The notes under the pieces are model-generated. The model was not told where the DNA came from. It did no database searches and saw nothing but the letters and a program-made list of their open reading frames with translations. Made by a program: the position numbers and the translations under genes. A stretch of DNA of 64,000 nt from Eledone cirrhosa (lineage: Eukaryota), in the NCBI GenBank assembly GCA_964016885.1, contig CAXHJY010000056.1:1-64000 (forward strand). The letters are read 5' to 3'. Shown here piece by piece: positions 58,099 to 64,000 of this stretch. Position 1 is the stretch's first letter. Every line of letters starts with the position of its first letter.

Positions 58099-58290
58099 GG
58101 CGGTGGATTGGCAGTATCGGTAGAGGGTCGGAAGGCATGCTTTCCAGCATAGTTACGTCCCTTTACGATCTGAGTTCAAATCCCGCCGAGGTTGACTTTG
58201 CCTTTCATCCTTACGGGGTCGGGGTCGATAAAATAAAGTACCAGTAATGCACTGGATAATTGCTGGCCTTGTGCCTAAAGTAGAAACAAT
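58099..58290 (+). mobile_element. Full-length tRNA-derived SINE (family S1) with 18-bp TSD
   Basis: Box A-like TGGCAGTATCGG, box B GAGTTCAAATCC, body gactttgcctttcatcc..ggtcgataaaataaagtacc (Meta-domain-like, by recall). TSD ATTATTTACTCCCACACG at 58081-58098 and 58289-58306. Confidence 0.88.
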
Positions 58291-58593
58291 TATTTACTCC
58301 CACACGAGATACAGAAAATGCCAACTAAAACAAAAACAAACTCCAATAGACAATTATTAAATATATATATAAATAAATCAATGGTATTGTTAATTAATAA
58401 ATAAATTAACTAATACCTTAACACTACACACGAAGTAAAATATTTTGTTTTAAACATTTTCTAACCCAGAAAAAAGAGAAAAAAAATAAAGGGAAAAAAA
58501 TATATTTGTCTTCCTAATAATCGTCTTTTCTCCCTTTTTACATATGTGTGTGTGTGTGATATATATAATATCTGTATATATATATATATATTT

Positions 58594-58664
<71 letters not shown>

Positions 58665-58744
58665 ATTATACATATATATATATATATAAGAAAATGAGGG
58701 GGTTTTTTTTTATGAAAAAAAAAACGAGATGTCCTACACGAGTA

Positions 58745-59222
<478 letters not shown>

Positions 59223-59223
59223 C

Positions 59224-59462
<239 letters not shown>

Positions 59463-59598
59463 AGTAGAAGGGGTATTTAATTTGTTGGAAATCCGACAAA
59501 TATAAATGTGTATAACTGATTTAGAGCACTCAACAAGTTACTGGAGTAAATATTCAATGATATTAAATAAATGGAAACTATATTTATAAAACCATATT

Positions 59599-59662
59599 TA
59601 TTTTATTATATATATTTCAAGCGAAACAAGACAACATGGGTGCGCTTTCATCAGATAAAATA
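59599..59662 (-). ncRNA. Type I hammerhead ribozyme, family B
   Basis: Minus: UAUUUUAU-CUGAUGA-AAGCG..CGCUU-GAA-AUAUAUAU-A^AUAAAAUA. Element tail at ~59465-59598. Confidence 0.75.
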
Positions 59663-60650
59663 CAAAGTTTGTTTTATAAGTAGAGACGTACCCATGAAAA
59701 TCATACCTTATCAGTTGGAAATTCACTGGATAGGGATTATTCAAACTTATGTGTGAATATGCAAATGAATATGTAAATAATTGAAAAACAACCCTTTATT
59801 TAAACGAATATGGAGAGAGAGAGAGAATATATAAGGGGAGAAAGATGAAAAATAGTACGAGAGGGAGAGAGAGAAGAAATAAACAAGAGAGGATGAATAA
59901 AACTCATATAATTGGGGGTAGTATATATCTTAATAGTACGTGTATTTACGATTATTAGTTGTTTAAAATACGTTTATAATATATTTTCTGTTATAAGTAG
60001 ATAAATAAATAAATAGATAAATAAATAAATAGATGGGTATATCATGTTATAGATAATGGTTTTAATGAGTTATGAGGGATATTGGTTTTGTATTTAATGT
60101 AAGTAAATATTAAGTTAAATTATATTAAATTAACTGAGTTAATAAGAATATTTATATTTATATATTTTAAAATGGGAAGATACGGAAAAACTCCAGTTTA
60201 ATTTATTTATTCGTTAGTGTGAGACAATTTAGTCAAAATAAGTATAATTGTTGAAAGATATATTTAGCCAGAATCAGTTAGTGGTAGTGGTTAAAAATAT
60301 TGAAAAAATATAAAAAATTTGAGAAAATTTTTTTAAAAGATAATTTATAAGAAATAAAAATTAAAGAAATAAAAATAAAGAATTAAAAATTATTAAGATT
60401 AAAATTACAATTAAAATTAAAATTTAAAAAAAAATTAGAATTATATATGTATATATTTTAAGAAACTTTAAGAAGTGGAATTATAGCAAATGTTATAGAT
60501 ATTATGATTTAGAGATATCAATATATTAAAACCAAGTGGATAAGATTGTTATGGAAATAAGTAGAAATATTATAAGTATAATTATAATTTATATATAGTG
60601 CTGAATGTTGAATTCAGGCGATGTCTACAAGAATTAAATAAATTTAATAT

Positions 60651-60705
<55 letters not shown>

Positions 60706-60874
60706 AAATGAGATCTTTAATATATCTCATAAAATAATACAGCCAATTATACACACAATACAATATAGTTAGCACCCCAAACGTTTAATTGGGAATATAC
60801 TCCGGTATTTCCTAATGTTTGTTGAGTGAATTGGAAATTGGTCTGAGTATCGCTCATAGCTTTCTCCGTTTATG

Positions 60875-60910
<36 letters not shown>

Positions 60911-60922
60911 GTACACACACGC

Positions 60923-60969
<47 letters not shown>

Positions 60970-60998
60970 TATATATATATATGAGTATATATATATGA

Positions 60999-61041
<43 letters not shown>

Positions 61042-61066
61042 TATATATATGAGTATATATATATGA

Positions 61067-61101
<35 letters not shown>

Positions 61102-61126
61102 TATATATATGAGTATATATATATGA

Positions 61127-61195
<69 letters not shown>

Positions 61196-61208
61196 TATAT
61201 ATATATGA

Positions 61209-61273
<65 letters not shown>

Positions 61274-61286
61274 TATATATATATGA

Positions 61287-61339
<53 letters not shown>

Positions 61340-61352
61340 TATATATATATGA

Positions 61353-61397
<45 letters not shown>

Positions 61398-61476
61398 TAT
61401 ATATATGAGTATATATATATGAGTATATATATATATATATATATATATGAGTATATATATGAGTATATATATATGA

Positions 61477-61537
<61 letters not shown>

Positions 61538-61562
61538 TATATATATGAGTATATATATATGA

Positions 61563-61639
<77 letters not shown>

Positions 61640-62189
61640 TATATATATATGAGTATATATACATATATGTATATATATATATATACTCATTTCTCTCTTT
61701 CTCTCTTACTGCTTCCCCGTTCTCTCTGTTTCTCTCACCTTCTTTCGCCCCCTCTGTCAGTTACACTTTCTCTCGACTGACCTCTTCCTCGCACTTCCAC
61801 TCACTCACTCTCTGTTTCTCCCCTTCTCACTTCCTCCCGTTCGTTAGTAGTGGGGTTCCTTCTTTCTCACACCTCATTCACGGCGGCTGGTCTGTTTTCT
61901 GACCGCTCATGAAATTCACCCGGCTTAGGCTGACCGGATAACCATCATGTTGCTTGCTGTTTTCCTACCTTCGGTTTGCTTTCCTTCTATGTTGTTTACT
62001 TGTCTCACTCGCTTTACGCGATTCACTTGTCCCAATAGCTTATTTTAGTTATTGCTCGCACCAACCTGAGGTATCTGATTTTTAATGCGATGAAATACCA
62101 ATGATGGTTGGCAAATCACTGATGAGGGACTCATTTTATAATATGTAACCCATGTGCAACCACGCAGTATTCCTCTTTCTTCCCATGTT

Positions 62190-62227
<38 letters not shown>

Positions 62228-62278
62228 AAATATGAATTCCTACGTGTAAAAAATACATATAGGGAAACAAGTATTATC

Positions 62279-62375
<97 letters not shown>

Positions 62376-62506
62376 CATAGAGTGTATGTGTATATATATA
62401 CATGGTGTGTGTATATATATATATGGAGTGTATGTATGGTGTGTGTATATATATATATATGGAGTGTATGTGTATATATATACATGGTGTGTGTATATAT
62501 ATATAT

Positions 62507-62840
62507 GGAGGCACATGGCTTAGTGGTTAGAGCATTGGCCTTGCAATCGAAAGGTTGTGAGTTCAATTCTCAGACCGGGTGATGTGTTGTTTCCTTGAGC
62601 AAGACACTTTATTTCACATTGCTCCAGTTTACTCAGCTGTAGAAATGAGATGATAGGGACCTCCACTGCAAAGTGACGTGTAGGTGCCACGGCAAAAAAG
62701 CACCCAGCACTCACTGTAAATGAGGTTGATGTTAGGAACGGCATCCAGCTGTAGAAATCAAGCTAGAATCAGTTCCCGTCCCACCCTTGCAAGCAGGGAA
62801 AAGCGGACGTAAAATGAAATGATGAAATGATGATGATGAT
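62507..62840 (+). mobile_element. Full-length tRNA-derived CORE-like SINE (family S2)
   Basis: Box A TGGCTTAGTGG, box B GAGTTCAATTC, core ccttgagcaagacacttta, (ATG)n tail. Fragments at 50648-50868 (minus) and 46320-46453 (minus). Confidence 0.82.
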
Positions 62841-63275
62841 ATAGGAGAGAGTGAGAGAAAGGAAGTGAGAAAGACGTATGGAGGAAGAATCAACCCTAGT
62901 ATTAGACTGGTACTTTAACTCACATTTACCAGAGCCAAAACAGAAATATCACATTTCCTCCGACACTCTACCGACTTTGCAACTCCCAACCCCCAACCCC
63001 ACCCAAGCCCTGCCCCACCCTCCCTAGCCCTGCCCCAGCTCGCCTTATACCTTATCACTTCTCAACAGAGCACGCCGCGACCTTCTGTAGTGGAGCCAGA
63101 ACAGAGCAAATGGAATATACCGGAGATAGACTTAAGATGTCTGCACGTTAGATTTGTTGGAAGACAGAGTCTGAAATAATGGTGGAAGGAAGAGTGTTAT
63201 ACTCCTGAGACTTGTAGAAGGTTCCAGATTGATCCGAACATGAAAGGAGGATAATACCCTCTAGATCATTATATA

Positions 63276-63346
<71 letters not shown>

Positions 63347-63368
63347 ATATTTCTTTATTTACTACAAA

Positions 63369-63648
<280 letters not shown>

Positions 63649-63670
63649 ATACATGTATATATATATATAT

Positions 63671-63716
<46 letters not shown>

Positions 63717-63740
63717 ATATATATATATATATACATGTAT

Positions 63741-63864
<124 letters not shown>

Positions 63865-64000
63865 ATACATGTATATATGTATATAGATATATACATATAT
63901 AGATATGCATTATATATACATATATATATATACATATATATATATATGTATATATATGTATATATATATACATGTATATATATATATATGTATATATATA

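Noticed and set aside
60100-60655. AT-rich stretch as a decayed PLE endonuclease region
   Set aside because: There are many stops and no recognisable motif, so it cannot be supported.
62507-62580. tRNA gene
   Set aside because: It is the tRNA-derived head of a SINE, continuing into a CORE-like body with no proper acceptor stem.

Overview
AT-rich, microsatellite-saturated eukaryotic DNA. The SINE families suggest an octopod cephalopod (inference). Nearly all ORFs in the track are artefacts of (TA)n, (CA)n or trinucleotide repeats. One host gene is supported: the last two coding exons (44076-44153 and 35754-36274, minus strand) of an sFRP1/2/5-like secreted frizzled-related protein, encoding the NTR domain plus a long polybasic tail. 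Its CRD exon was not found and probably lies beyond 64000. The rest is tRNA-derived SINEs, L1/Tx1 and RTE LINE 3' fragments, mariner/Tc1 and hAT MITEs, and many minisatellites. The main hidden signal is about 20 intact or decayed type I hammerhead ribozyme (HHR) motifs from at least eight unrelated short families. They sit in (TA)n tracts, often as fold-back palindromes centred in or next to the ribozyme, and several share a downstream ACTC..GAGT(A/G)C hairpin. They are most likely Penelope-like element (PLE) terminal repeats or non-autonomous retrozyme-like derivatives. All folds were paired by eye and no database searches were run.
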